Source: Camelus ferus
Lineage: Eukaryota
Assembly: GCF_009834535.1 (NCBI RefSeq)
Contig: NC_045697.1
Location: 79,176,001-79,240,000, forward strand
Direction of reading: 5' to 3'
Length of the DNA stretch: 64,000 nt
In this document: in pieces, positions 14,301-26,087 of the stretch
How positions within the stretch are numbered: the first letter of the stretch is position 1
Layout: each line of letters starts with the position of its first letter
Made by a program: the position numbers and the translations under genes
Notes under the pieces: model-generated
Told to the model about the DNA's origin: nothing
What the model saw: only the letters and a program-made list of their open reading frames with translations
Database searches by the model: none

Positions 14301-14551
14301 TTTTGCTAAAAAGTACTCTGATGGTATATCATCTTATTCAGCTCATGTACCAAATTGTAATTAGCATTAAAATGTATGCTTTTTTACTCTAAGAATTGAA
14401 ATCATCGCATCAAATTGCTCTAATACATTTTTGACAGTAAAATTTCAGAATTTCATTGATTTTATGAGTGCTTTATTTAGACGTGGGCTCATCAGTGCTT
14501 TTTTTTTTTTTTTTCCTTTTCTTCCCTTTTCTCCCTCATTTTCCTCTGTAG

Positions 14552-14648
14552 GCCTCTTACCAAGGAAGAAATTGTTGACCTAAGAGAGAAGCATTATGAT
14601 TCTATTGTTGAAAAACAGAAAGATCTTGATATGAAGATCCAAAAAGAG
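14552..14648 (+). CDS. AP1AR: AP1AR coding exon 5
   Basis: long pyrimidine tract, tgtag|G CCT...AAA GAG|gtgaat; PLTKEEIVDLREKHYDSIVEKQKDLDMKIQKE; phase 2 to 0. Confidence 0.95.
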
Positions 14649-15825
14649 GTGAATAGTCTTATGTTGCTTAAGTATATGTTATCTTAAAATCTCTATATTT
14701 ATAGAGGAAAGGTGTCATTAAATAATATATTGCATATGAATAGTCATTGGACCTATATTTAGATATACAGAGATGAAAATTACTTACAAGTGAAAAAAAT
14801 TATTCCGGCCTATAATAATTTGTTTTAGTTTGGTTTAATTTATCAGAAATCATATGCTGTCAATAAGTGAAGAGAATACATTCTTCTCTAAGTAATTTCT
14901 GAGTTCACAAGTAAGGACTCTGGCAAGATACATGCACCTTTGTATTTAAAACTAACTAAAAAATTACTCTGTTTCACAATAAGTCGTCTTTTTTTTTTAT
15001 CTCTTTGTTTGTCTTGTATTTATCTATTCTTAGTAAGTGAACCAAGTACTTCTAATGATCTTAAATGTTATATTTACTTTAACGTATTTACAGAAATGGC
15101 CTGTAATTATAGTTTTGCCATTTTCTAAACTAAATGGAGTTAATTATATCCCATTGTACATTTAAAAATAGTCTGTTTAGTACCAGCTGGTGATTTCAAC
15201 GGCATTAACTTAAGCTACACAATAGATGCTAATGTTAGGCTAAAGAAAAAAATTGTGTTGAAATTTGATTTTTAAGTTTGATCTGACATGCAATAGATTA
15301 TTACTAAAGCAGTTTGTATGTTGTTATGAATGGCAAGAACTTAAATTTGGAAGTAATTTAATAACTTGATAGTAATAGAACTCAGGACACATGTGCATCA
15401 GTATTAAATGAACTTTGTGAAAGCTTGCTTCACTCTGTTAGACAGTGATGTGATTAAAGACCCTGAACTTATGAGGGCCCAAACCATTAAACTAATCAAG
15501 GTGATAGGCATTGGAACAATTGTTGAGAATGAAGATCACTATATGTTCTAAAGCTAGAAACAGTTTGTATTTATGCAAATTAGATGCTCTACTTTATAAT
15601 TCACCTTCTAAAGAATTCTGCAATGTTTGATATCATTTGAGTTATTTTGTAAAAAGAGAAATTGAAACGAGAAATCACAAAAATTCTCAATTCTGTCTTG
15701 CTTTGTAGAGCTCAATTATTTTTTTAATGATTTATTTTTTATTTTATAAATAGAAATATTTTATTTTTAGAGCAGTTAGACAGGTTCTGATTTTTGTTAA
15801 TCCTTATTATTTTGTTCATGTACAG

Positions 15826-15924
15826 TTAGCCTTACAAGAAGAGAAGTTAAGACTAGAAGAAGAAGCTTTATACGCTGCACAGCGTGAAGCAGCCAGGGCA
15901 GCAAAGCAGCGAAAGCTCTTGGAG
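15826..15924 (+). CDS. AP1AR: AP1AR coding exon 6 (coiled coil)
   Basis: tacag|TTA GCC...TTG GAG|gtgagg; LALQEEKLRLEEEALYAAQREAARAAKQRKLLE; 99 nt, phase 0 to 0. Confidence 0.95.
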
Positions 15925-16539
15925 GTGAGGGGAAAAGACCCCAACACACATTAGGGCTGCTTTTCTCCTGATTTTCTCTGACAAATCTTAGTTGGGACCT
16001 TTTTTCCCCTAGAGTCAAGGGCTTCTTATTTAACAACAAATGTATTTATTTATATATTCCTAGGAATTTTGAAGACATGTTAGTTGGTCTTTAACAGCTA
16101 GAAATAACATCAAATTATATGCTTGATACTGAATGCTATTTAGCTTTCAATTAGCAGAAGCTAGTTCTTGTTTATCCCAAAGATGAAATTTACTTCTCCA
16201 GAATTCAGTACTCTTTTGGAAAAATAAATATATTCTTAGATGAAACATTGCAAAACTAACCTTTAAATATAATTTCTACAGCTTTTTAAAGTTTATTTTT
16301 GTGAATTTTTTTTAAACAATTTTTTGAACTGCTAGTCTTATACTTCCTAGAATCGGGTAAACTGGGTGATTTTGCCCCATAGGAATACTGTATATTTCTC
16401 ATCTTCATATGTGTATCTTTGGGAGATTAGGAGTTTGAGTCTTGAGAAATCTTGACATATTATCAGAGAAAACAGCAGATTTATCATGCCTTACCATGCC
16501 GTATTTGAATATGGCATTATCATAATGCCAGACAGCTAT

Positions 16540-16755
16540 TAATAACAGACATTTATGGAGCCCTAGCTAAGTGTCAGAATCTGATCTGATTAGTTTACAT
16601 ATTTCACTGTGTTTAATCCTCACAGCAATCTGAGGAGGAAGATAGTGGTTTTAATCCCCATTTTACAGATTATGAAACCAAGAGACAAAGATGTTAAGTA
16701 ACTTGCTTAAGATCCTACAGCTAGAAATGACAGAGCCAGAGTTCAAGTACTGCTT
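16540..16755 (-). mobile_element. MIR SINE
   Basis: tttaatcctcacagcaatc...ccccattttacagat...gttaagtaacttgcttaagatc. Confidence 0.75.
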
Positions 16756-17687
16756 TGCCAGTTTTCTACTTAGCATCCTCCTCCATCTTTTGCCTGTGTG
16801 TACTCCACTGCAGTGTTAACTGAAGTAGTACAAGGATTATGTCACATAATAATTATTGTAACTTAGAGAAACTGAAAAATCAAATATCGTGTTTCTGTGT
16901 GATTTCTATGGAACCTGTGTTCTCTCTCTCTCTCTCTGGCATTTTAGCAGATTAATTAGATTATATGAGGGAGTATCTTTTTTAATTTTTATTTTTAGTA
17001 AGTTCTAAGTAGTGGGAAACTTTAAAAATTAACTCATCTTCTACTAAGAAATAAAAGTATTTTCCTTTAATTATAATTTAGACAACTCTTTTTACTATAA
17101 TAAATTTTCTTACTGCTTGCCTTTTAAAGACTAAAAGCATTCCATATGCAGAATCTGAGTGTTTTCTTCCCTGAATAAATATTGATATAGGAACATATAG
17201 CAGTCTATACAGCATGCACTGACACACAAAGACACACAGAGACATACAAATTCATTTGATTTTCACAATAGCCCTGTGAATTTGCTAGGGCAGTATTATG
17301 GCCATCTGTAATTTACAGGATGAAGAAACAGAAAATAAAGGACATGCTAAGGACATACAGCTAGTAACTGTCAGAGTCACAACTCAGGTCTTTTAGATCT
17401 TTTGTTTTATTGCTACTAATTTCAAAGTTATTTTTTAATAACACTATGAATATTTTGACCACTTAAGGATTATACACTGGCAAGTTGAGAGAAATTCTAC
17501 CCATAAATAAGAGGATATAGAAATAAACAGTGATAAATTTAAGGAAAAAGACTTCAATAGAGTAACTTTTTAAGGTTTTTTTTTTTTCCAAAAACTAGAA
17601 AAAGAATACTTTTTGCCATTGCATGAATGGTTTTAAAAAATAAAATTTTTCAACAGAGTGATTTTGTATTGTATTATGTTTCCAAAG

Positions 17688-17746
17688 CAAGAAAGGCAGA
17701 GAGTTGTACAGCGATACCATTCTTCAAACAGTGGAGAATATCAAAG
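17688..17746 (+). CDS. AP1AR: AP1AR coding exon 7
   Basis: tttccaaag|CAA GAA...CAA AG|gtaaat; QERQRVVQRYHSSNSGEYQ(S); phase 0 to 2. Confidence 0.92.
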
Positions 17747-18340
17747 GTAAATAACAAAACATATTTCTTCCCTTTGTGGTAGAAAATGTTACTACTTATC
17801 AAAGACACTGTCTTGTAAGAATACTAAGAATATTTGCTCTCTTTATATTGGAAAATGATCATTTATTTAAGTTGACTTTATTGCATTCTTAAGAGTGGTC
17901 ACATCTTTCATATAGAATATGATGCAATAGCACACTGAATGCCTTTGGATAAATTGTTTCTGCCTTAGTTGTTTGTTTTCTTTGGCCCCTGTCTTTTCTT
18001 ACAATAAAGTTTATGTGTGATCATTTTTTAGAAGACATGTTTCAGTGTCACATTTCCAGTCAGTGATTCCTACTCATGCAAAGAACCTTGTTCATGCTTC
18101 TTCATTGTAAATTATAAAGTTAGACTTACGGCTAAGCTTTGGATTTCGACTTATTATTTTCAGTTTATTGCTAGCATTAAGGAAATTAAGACCTCTTTTG
18201 GTTAGATTATTCTAATTGTAAGGTAATTATGAATTTGTGTGGGATAGACCTTCAAACCACAGTGGTATCATTAACTTAAGCATGCAGTTATATTGTATCT
18301 ACTATGAATATATTGAAAAGTTATTTCACTTTTATTACAG

Positions 18341-18414
18341 CTCAGGACCAGAAGATGACTTTGAATCTTGTTTGAGAAATATAAAGTCACAATATGAAGT
18401 TTTTCGCAGTAGTA
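18341..18414 (+). CDS. AP1AR: AP1AR coding exon 8
   Basis: ttacag|C TCA GGA...AGT A|gtaagt; SGPEDDFESCLRNIKSQYEVFRSS; phase 2 to 1. Confidence 0.95.
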
Positions 18415-19024
18415 GTAAGTCTTTTAAAATATCTGTATACGTTTTAAGATTATTTTATGCCACATTACACAGGTAATTGGAGATCTTGGCTTTTTTGAGA
18501 AGAACTTCCTACCCTTCAATTTGTGTTGCCCAGACAGGTCACTTAACTAGTCCTTAATTACACAATTTTATCTTTCCTTTTTTAAAAGGAGTTTGGGGCT
18601 AAGAAAAATTTCAGGCCATTTCTGTAGATACATATAGGGAATCAAGCACTCCTTTTTCCATTTCTACTCTGATCTCACCTCTCCTTCTCCTAGAAAAGGG
18701 GAGTAGGTACAAAAAAAGTATACTTATTTTACTTATTACAAATTGGTTTATAAGATTAAATCGGTTTTCTCCAAGTTTCAGAAGTCAGAACTACTATGCT
18801 CCCCAGAAATGGAAGCATGGTAGTGGTTCCTTTTGAAAATATAGACTGATTTTCATTTATCACTTTCGTTTGTTTGTTTTTGTTCCCTTTTGTAATTGAC
18901 TGTTAAAAATATTACCTAGAGTTTATCATATTTGGAAAGTTTATAATTCATTTAAATTTGCATATTTACTGTGGTAGATGTGAAAAGAAGTAAAAAAAAA
19001 AGAAGAAGAAGAAGAAGAAAAGAT

Positions 19025-19127
19025 GGGGAGAGTATAGCTCAGTGGTAGAGAGCATGCTTAGTTAGCATGCACAAGGTCCTGGGTTCTATGCCCAGTACCT
19101 CCACTAAAAAAATAAAGAAATAAAAAG
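19025..19127 (+). mobile_element. tRNA-derived SINE (Vic-1-like)
   Basis: GGGGAGAGTATAGCTCAGTGGTAGAG (A box)...GGTCCTGGGTTCTATGCCCAGTACCTCC (B box) plus A-rich tail. Confidence 0.85.
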
Positions 19128-19323
19128 AGAGAAAGGGAGAAAACCCCTTTATACTGTTATACTGTTTCTAACAGAAACTTACTAATGCAGTGATTTCAAT
19201 AATTGTTTTTTATGATGTTAAAAGGAGTAGTGTTATTTGGAAAGAGATAATTATCACAAAATAAATGGTTGTGGTAAAGGAGTATAGATGACCACATTTA
19301 ATTCTATTTGGTGTGTTTTCTAG

Positions 19324-19452
19324 GACTCTCATCAGATGCCACAGTTTTAACACCAAATACAGAAAGCAGTTGTGATTTAATGACCAAAACTAAATCAACT
19401 AGTGGAAATGATGACAGCACATCTTTAGATCTAGAATGGGAAGATGAAGAAG
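19324..19452 (+). CDS. AP1AR: AP1AR coding exon 9
   Basis: ttttctag|GA CTC...GAA G|gtattt; LSSDATVLTPNTESSCDLMTKTKSTSGNDDSTSLDLEWEDEE, including the acidic tryptophan motif DLEWEDEE; phase 1 to 1. Confidence 0.95.
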
Positions 19453-21109
19453 GTATTTTATATTCACAATTTTACCTGAAAACTTTTATTTAATTTGTGT
19501 TAATTTATAGAAATGTAGTTTATATTTTACTTCATTTAAACTGAAATGAATGCAAGGCCTTGAAAAATCAGTGTAAAAATTTCTTAGATTTTTATTGTAT
19601 TAGTGATTATCATTTGTTGGTAAGTTTTTTAGAAAGTTGCTTAATTCTTAATGTTTCTTGAGATTTAGAAAATAAATGTTCTCATTTTAAGGTTTTTGTA
19701 ATCTAGCTCATTTTACTCAGTAAAAATTACTGCCCCCTTGTGGACCACCTAAAGCCAAAATATAATTAACTTTTAGTTCATAATAAATAAGCAATTAGGT
19801 TGTTTTTTTTTTTTTTTTTTTGCTAATATAAAAGCCATAACACAGACATGAATTTGAATTTTAGCTAGTATGTCTTCCTAGCAGTAATACTTTAGACAGA
19901 TTTCTTAATCTCTCTAAGCTGCAGTTTGTTCATCATAAAGAGGAAATTATAAACCTACTTTTAAAGAATGATTATTCACTGTTGTATACTAAGGGTCTAA
20001 AATTGCTTGGCACATAATAGGCAGTCAATAAATATTTGAACAAATGAAATCATGAATATTATGAGGATTAAGTAAAATTTATATAAAACACTCAGTGTAC
20101 AGTATGGCACATAGCTATAAGTACTCCAGAGTATAGCTAAAATGTGGATTTTTTTAAGGCCATTTCACTGAATAAGGCCCAAGTCTTTATTTTCATTTTA
20201 AGAAATAGGTAATCAAAAAAAGAGAAACCAGTTACAGAATATAGGACTTTAAGAAAAGTAGTAAGTATTAAATATTTCACAGAATTTTGCAGTGGAATAG
20301 ACCTTAGATATCTTCTAGTTAAGCCATTTGTTTTATCAATAAAGAAACTGATATACAGAGGACTTTAATAATTTTACCTAAGATTACAATTAATTTAAAA
20401 TCTTCTCAGCTAAAAACTGTTTCCCCAATCCTGTACTTTTGTTACTGTGAATTTGGATCCCAATCAGCAGATTTTATTTTTATTTTAGCATCTTGTTCAA
20501 TTTGATATAAAGCCTTTCATGTCTTTTAATCCTTGATTACTGTCAGTCTCACTGTATGCTAATCAAATTTGTAGATAATGTGACTTTTGAGGTCATTCAA
20601 GTCATTATAACAGAATTTTTTAACTAGACTAGGTAGACGACAGAGCCCACTAGAAACCAATCCAGCTTCCTTTAGACATAGTATTATTCAATTAAATACC
20701 AATCCACAAAATGATATTAATATCCAGCTCAAATTTTTATCACGTCTGTAAGGACAACTTGCTTTGCCAGGTTGAGTCTCGGATTTTTGTAGTGACAGAC
20801 AATGGCGATAGATTTAAATGTTCTTTTGTTATTGAAGGGTCTGATTCTATAAGCTCAGGAAATGTTAAATTATTAAATGTTTCTAGGGATATTCTCTTAT
20901 AATCTCTTTTCCTAAGGAAGCTTTTAATTCTATTACCAGTGTTGATTCTACGTTTGCAAATTCAAATTTCTTTTCTATCCTCCTTATCTTCCTTGTGCCA
21001 AAATGACAGTTTTTTCTTCCAATATTTTTGATATTTTCAATTTTACTGACCAATTTCTTTCTGTTTAGAATTAGATCTAGAACAGTTTTCCCTCGAACCG
21101 TCTCTGCTC

Positions 21110-21385
21110 TTATGCTAGAGTCAGAATAGCAAAAGAGCACAGACTTTGGAGCCAAACTGAGTTGTATCAGATTCTCACCCCACCACTTGTATAGCTGTGT
21201 GACCTTGGGCCAATCACTTTCCTCTTTCTGCCCTAGTTTCCTCAACTGCAGAGTGGAGGATAATGATAGGACTGTATGTAACTTCATAGAATTGTTGAGG
21301 ATTGTCAGTTAATAGATGTCAAGTGCAGACTACATTAACTGGAACCTAGTAAGTACTAGAAATGTATATATTGTTATCATTATTA
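21110..21385 (+). mobile_element. MIR SINE
   Basis: aagagcacagactttggagcca...agctgtgtgaccttgggccaatcactt...cctagtttcctcaactgca. Confidence 0.8.
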
Positions 21386-21736
21386 GAGTTATTATCATCT
21401 CTGGAAAATGAAATTGTCATCTAGGTTGGAAAGGGCTTTGGCAGACACACTGATTTGGCTGTGTAAGACTAATTGCAATTAAAGTCCTCCATCGATTCTG
21501 CTTTATATATGCTCTTCAGAAATTTCATCTTACTAGATGATCAGTGTTGCCATCAGAACTGTCCTTTAGTGAACATTAATGTTCACTCTCAGATTACACC
21601 CTGAACATTTCCCTTAAAAAGGCCTCCATAGGATGGGCTCTTTAAGTTAATTCACAAATCAAGTCTGATAGTTTGTCTTTTAGTATAGCTTTTTAAATCT
21701 TCACTGAAATTTCTAATAACTCTGCCCAAATAATAG

Positions 21737-22002
21737 GAATGAATCGAATGCTTCCAGTGAGAGAACGGTCCAAAACAGAGGAAGACATTCTCCAGGCAGC
21801 ACTTAAGTATAGCAGCAAGAAGACTGGAAGTAATCCTACATCAGCCTCTGATGATTCCAATGGGCTGGAGTGGGAGAATGATTTCGTCAGTGCTGAAATG
21901 GATGATAATGGCAATTCCGAGTATTCTGGGTTTGTAAATCCTGTGTTAGAACTGTCTGATTCTGGCCTAAAGCAATATGATGCAGATCAACAAAAACGAT
22001 AG
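21737..22002 (+). CDS. AP1AR: AP1AR last coding exon (exon 10) to the TAG stop
   Basis: taatag|GA ATG AAT...CGA TAG; MNRMLPVRERSKTEEDILQAALKYS...GLEWENDF...DADQQKR*. All nine exons join in frame (826 nt); an 83-nt exon-1 CDS outside the window would give the 302 aa I recall for human. Confidence 0.96.
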
Positions 22003-23630
22003 GGTAAAATTGTGTGATCTTGTTTACCAGTTATGACCAAAAACCAGCTAGAATGTATAAATGGTTGTGCTGAGCCTTTTTGTAAGAGGGGAGGTAAGAA
22101 ACCATGTAAATGCTTATTAAGAAGGAATAGGAATGATAGGCTGTATCTGAATTGCTTCAGAATTAAGTGCAATTTCATCATCTGCCTTCTGCTTTTCAAA
22201 AACAGTTCAATGTTTCTGTCATGTTATTAATTAAATTTATTTTAGCTCTTTCTTTATAGCATTCCTGTTTACTATTTGTAGATTTTCACTTTTTAAAATA
22301 GTTTTATCAATTTCACTTTGAATGCTTTCTTAACCCTATTTCAGTAGCTAACTGTGAAAATATTAAGGCATTTTGTGTTAATTCTCAGTGGACATGAAGG
22401 GAGCATGAAGAGGGACTGCCAGATTCAGATTTAGAATAGTGTTCCCTTTACCAGCATTATTTATTCCTGTGACTTATTTAAATTTTATTATCTAGTAGTA
22501 AGCACAATTAATTTGAGTAGGTGACCCTAAAGAGAGGCTGAAGTATCAGTTTCTTTCTACCTTTGTTGCATATCCGAGTATAATGTTGATTCAGTCTGAA
22601 CAATGGATATGACATGTTAAAATAAGCTTTCAGAGTTTGGACACTTAAGTTGGTAATCAGAAGTAATATTTAAGAAAATATATATACTTAGGTTTTTCAC
22701 TTCTTTTTACATGCTACTATTAATGGACTATTGACTTTAAGTTAATTGATATATTAAATTTCTAGGTTTCATTTTTTTTTTAATTCTATATTTCAATGAA
22801 TGGTCTTAGAAAGATTTTACAGAGCATATTCTCTGGGCATGGTTTAAGAAAGGAAAACCTAAAAAAAAAGGTAATACGGGTATTTCAAAGTAAATAAAAT
22901 CCTTTCTGGTATGAAAGAATCCATTGATTTTATTAAGCTTTTCTTTACCTTGTAATACAAGGTGCTTTAATGGGATGAAACTAAGTAAATCAATATATAC
23001 AACTGAATTTTATGATAAACAGTTAACTTCTTTTCTCTAAAGTTTATTCAATTTAAAAGGCCTAGGATATAAGACACTCCCTAATTGCTTGTCTTGATTT
23101 TGCTGAGGATTTAATATGATTTTAGTAAGCAAACTGTTTTCTGATTTTTCCTTAGTGTTTTTCTTTCTTTTTCTTGGAACAATGACAGTGCATGTTCTCA
23201 AAAATACAGGAAGGTCCAGATATAAATAGTAACTTAAAGTTCTTGCTGTACTTTTAAAAAATCATGTGGCCCTTTCAATATTTGAACTGCTAAGGCAATG
23301 ACATCTGTGGTTTTGTCTCCTTTTTTATCTCATGGAAGTAAATAGGAACTTTAAATATGTAAATATATATTAGGTAATGCTATAATTTATGTCTGTCTTA
23401 ACATAATTTAAGTTGTAGCTGTGTCATTGGAAATACTTTAATGATAATCTATATGCACATTGCCTGTGTTATGCTTTTTAAAGTTTGTATACATCAGATG
23501 TATATTTTTGGTTTGGCATAAGCTACTATTGTAATTTTTCTTGGTATTTTGTTCATAAAGAATTTTTTGAAGGAATGGTAACTTCTCAAAGATTGTGAAT
23601 AAACACATTTTTACATTTAAGAATAATAAA
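22003..23630 (+). other. AP1AR: AP1AR 3' UTR (approximate end)
   Basis: AU-rich sequence with no recognisable repeats after the stop; AATAAA at 22893-22898, 23598-23603 and 23625-23630. Confidence 0.65.
23598..23630 (+). terminator. Candidate AP1AR polyadenylation signals (two AATAAA)
   Basis: AATAAA at 23598-23603 and 23625-23630, followed by U-rich sequence and then an L2 repeat from ~23850. Confidence 0.55.
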
Positions 23631-24130
23631 TTATTTGATTATTACTAGTTTTACTCCATAAACATGCAATAATTTTGTCTCCTGACTTATAAAATAGTTA
23701 TTTTATTAAATCTGAAGTCAAAAGGGAATGAGTTAGTAAAGCAAAGCAGGATGGAACTAAACTTGAAAATGTTTGTGTTTGAACTGCTAAGAAAAGGATA
23801 TTAGTTTTCTTGTTTTATTTGTTTATTAAAAACACTAGAAATAGCATTTATTTATTCAGCAAATAATGGAGAGTGTACTGTATTGGGTAAGGTGTTAGGG
23901 AGAGTGAATTTTATTTGACGTAGAATAGGAAGCCACTGACCTTTTGTAAGCCAGAGTGTACAGTAATAGATTTGCATTTTTGAAAAATTCCTCTAGCTAC
24001 TACGTAGAGAATAGGTTGTAACAGGGCAAGAGTGGATGTATGGTACTTCCAATGGGACATGGTATAGTTTGGATTGATAACTGCTGTAGGAATGTAGAGC
24101 AGATTAACTTGAGAGGTAGAACCAACAAGA

Positions 24131-25471
24131 TTTTTTTTCCCCAGTTTTATTGAGATAATGGACACAGACCACTGTATAAGCTTAAGGCATACAGCGTAAT
24201 GATTTAACTTACATATATCATGAAGTGATTATTTCATACAATAAATTTAGTGTTCACAATAAATTTAGTGAACATCAATAGATACAAAATTAAAGAAACA
24301 GGAAAAAATTATTTTTCTCGTGATGAGAACTCTTAGGATTTACTCTCTTCACAACTTTCATATGTAACATTCAGCAGTACTATATTAATCATGTTGTACA
24401 TTACATCCCTGGTACTTTTTTATCTTATAACTGAAAGTTTGTACCTTTTGACTGCCTTCCTCCAGTTCCCCCTCCCCCCACCCTCCATCTCTGGTAACCA
24501 CAAATCTGATCTCTTTTTCTATTAGTCTATCTGTTTTTAAAGTATAATTGACCTACAGAACTATGTTGATTGCTGTTACACAACATAGTGATTTGGTATT
24601 TCTCTACATTTCAAAATGTTCACCAAGATAAATCTAGGTACCATCTGTCACCATACAAAGATACAATTACATAGTTACTGACTACATCCCCACACTGTAT
24701 GTTTCATACTGTTACTCATTTATTTTACAACCGAAGTTTTTACCTCAATCTCTCTCATCTATTTCTTTTCTCTCCTCACCCCTCTCTCCTCTGGGAACCA
24801 TTTGTTTGTTCTCTGTGTCTATAATATAATTCTGTTTCTGTTTTATGTTTGATCATTTTTTTTTAATTCCACATATAAGTGAAATCATACAGTATTTGTC
24901 TTTTTCTGATTTATTTCACTTAGCATTATACCCTCTGGGTCCACCCACATTGTTGCAAATGGCAAGATTTCACTCTTTTTTTATGGCCAAGTAATATTCA
25001 TACACATATAACACTCACACCCATCTTCTTATCCATCCATTGATGGGCACTTTGGTTACTTCTGTGTCTTCGCTATTCTAAGTAATGGTGCAGTGAACAT
25101 AGGGGTGCATATATCTTTTCTAATTAGTGTTTTTGCTTTCTTCAAGTAAATATCCAGAAGTGAAATTACTGAATCATATGGTAGTTCTATTTTTAATTTT
25201 TTGAGATACCTCCATACTGTTTTCCATAGTGGCTGCACCAGTTTATATTCCCATCAAAAGTGCTCAAGGGTTCCCTTTTCTATACTTCCTTACCAACACT
25301 TGTTATTTGTTGTCTTTTTTTATAATAACCATTCTGACAGATGTGAGGTCAGTTCATTGTGGTTTTGATTTTCACTTCCCTGGTGATTAGTGATGTTGAG
25401 CATCTTTTCACGTACCTGTTAGCCATCTGTATGTCTTCTTTGGAAAAATGTCTGTTCAGATCCTCTGCCCA
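24131..25471 (-). mobile_element. L1 (L1MA-type) 3' UTR and ORF2 C-terminus
   Basis: ORF 25056-25238 ([21 protein letters not shown]) is the L1 ORF2 end; T-rich tail at 24131. Confidence 0.9.
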
Positions 25472-25476
25472 TTAAC

Positions 25477-26087
25477 TGTAGGGTAATGCATTCCACATGC
25501 TGCCCTGGCAGACTTGCTCACTGTGCATATCCACATGGCAACACTCAACCGTAGTCTGACACAAGTCTTGACAGAAAGCCCTATGATCCTCCCTGGATCA
25601 TGGCAGGATACGGGAGCCATCATAAAGCCATTTATCATCTGACTCCCTGCCCTGCCTTGTAGAAGGCTGCCATGAGGCAGTTTCTCATTCAACTCCCTGG
25701 TTCCAGTGAGGCATGGGATTTCCACTGTACCCACATTCAGGTACAGGTACAGGCTAATAAAACTGCTTGGTTGGAGTTTAGAGTTGGCTCCTCAATGACA
25801 GAGCTACTCTCCACTTAAATCATCTGTGATCTGGCCCCCCTGGCTCAGTGTCAGCAAGGTACCTAGGACGTGGGACACTGACTCCACACTGGTCTTGCTT
25901 TTGCTATCTGTGTAAGTAATAAACTGTCTATTTTAGCTCATTGTCTCCCTACAGGCCAAATATATGCAAGTATGACAGTTAGCCTAGCAGCTGCAGCTGC
26001 TTTTTTTTTTTAATTTTAGAGTTATTATTTATTTTGGTTGAAGTATTGTCAGTTTACAATGTTGTGTCACTGCAGCTATTCTTGACA
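25477..26087 (+). mobile_element. Solo ERV LTR
   Basis: TG...CA ends with 5-bp near-TSD ttaac/gtaac; internal AATAAA at ~25756 and ~25918. Confidence 0.6.

Noticed and set aside
19025..19102. tRNA gene
   Set aside because: A/B boxes are present but the anticodon arm has an insertion, the B box is mutated and an A-rich tail follows; it is a SINE
18237..19493. ORFs 18237-18476 and 19308-19493 as separate genes
   Set aside because: They are AP1AR exons 8 and 9 extended into flanking intron
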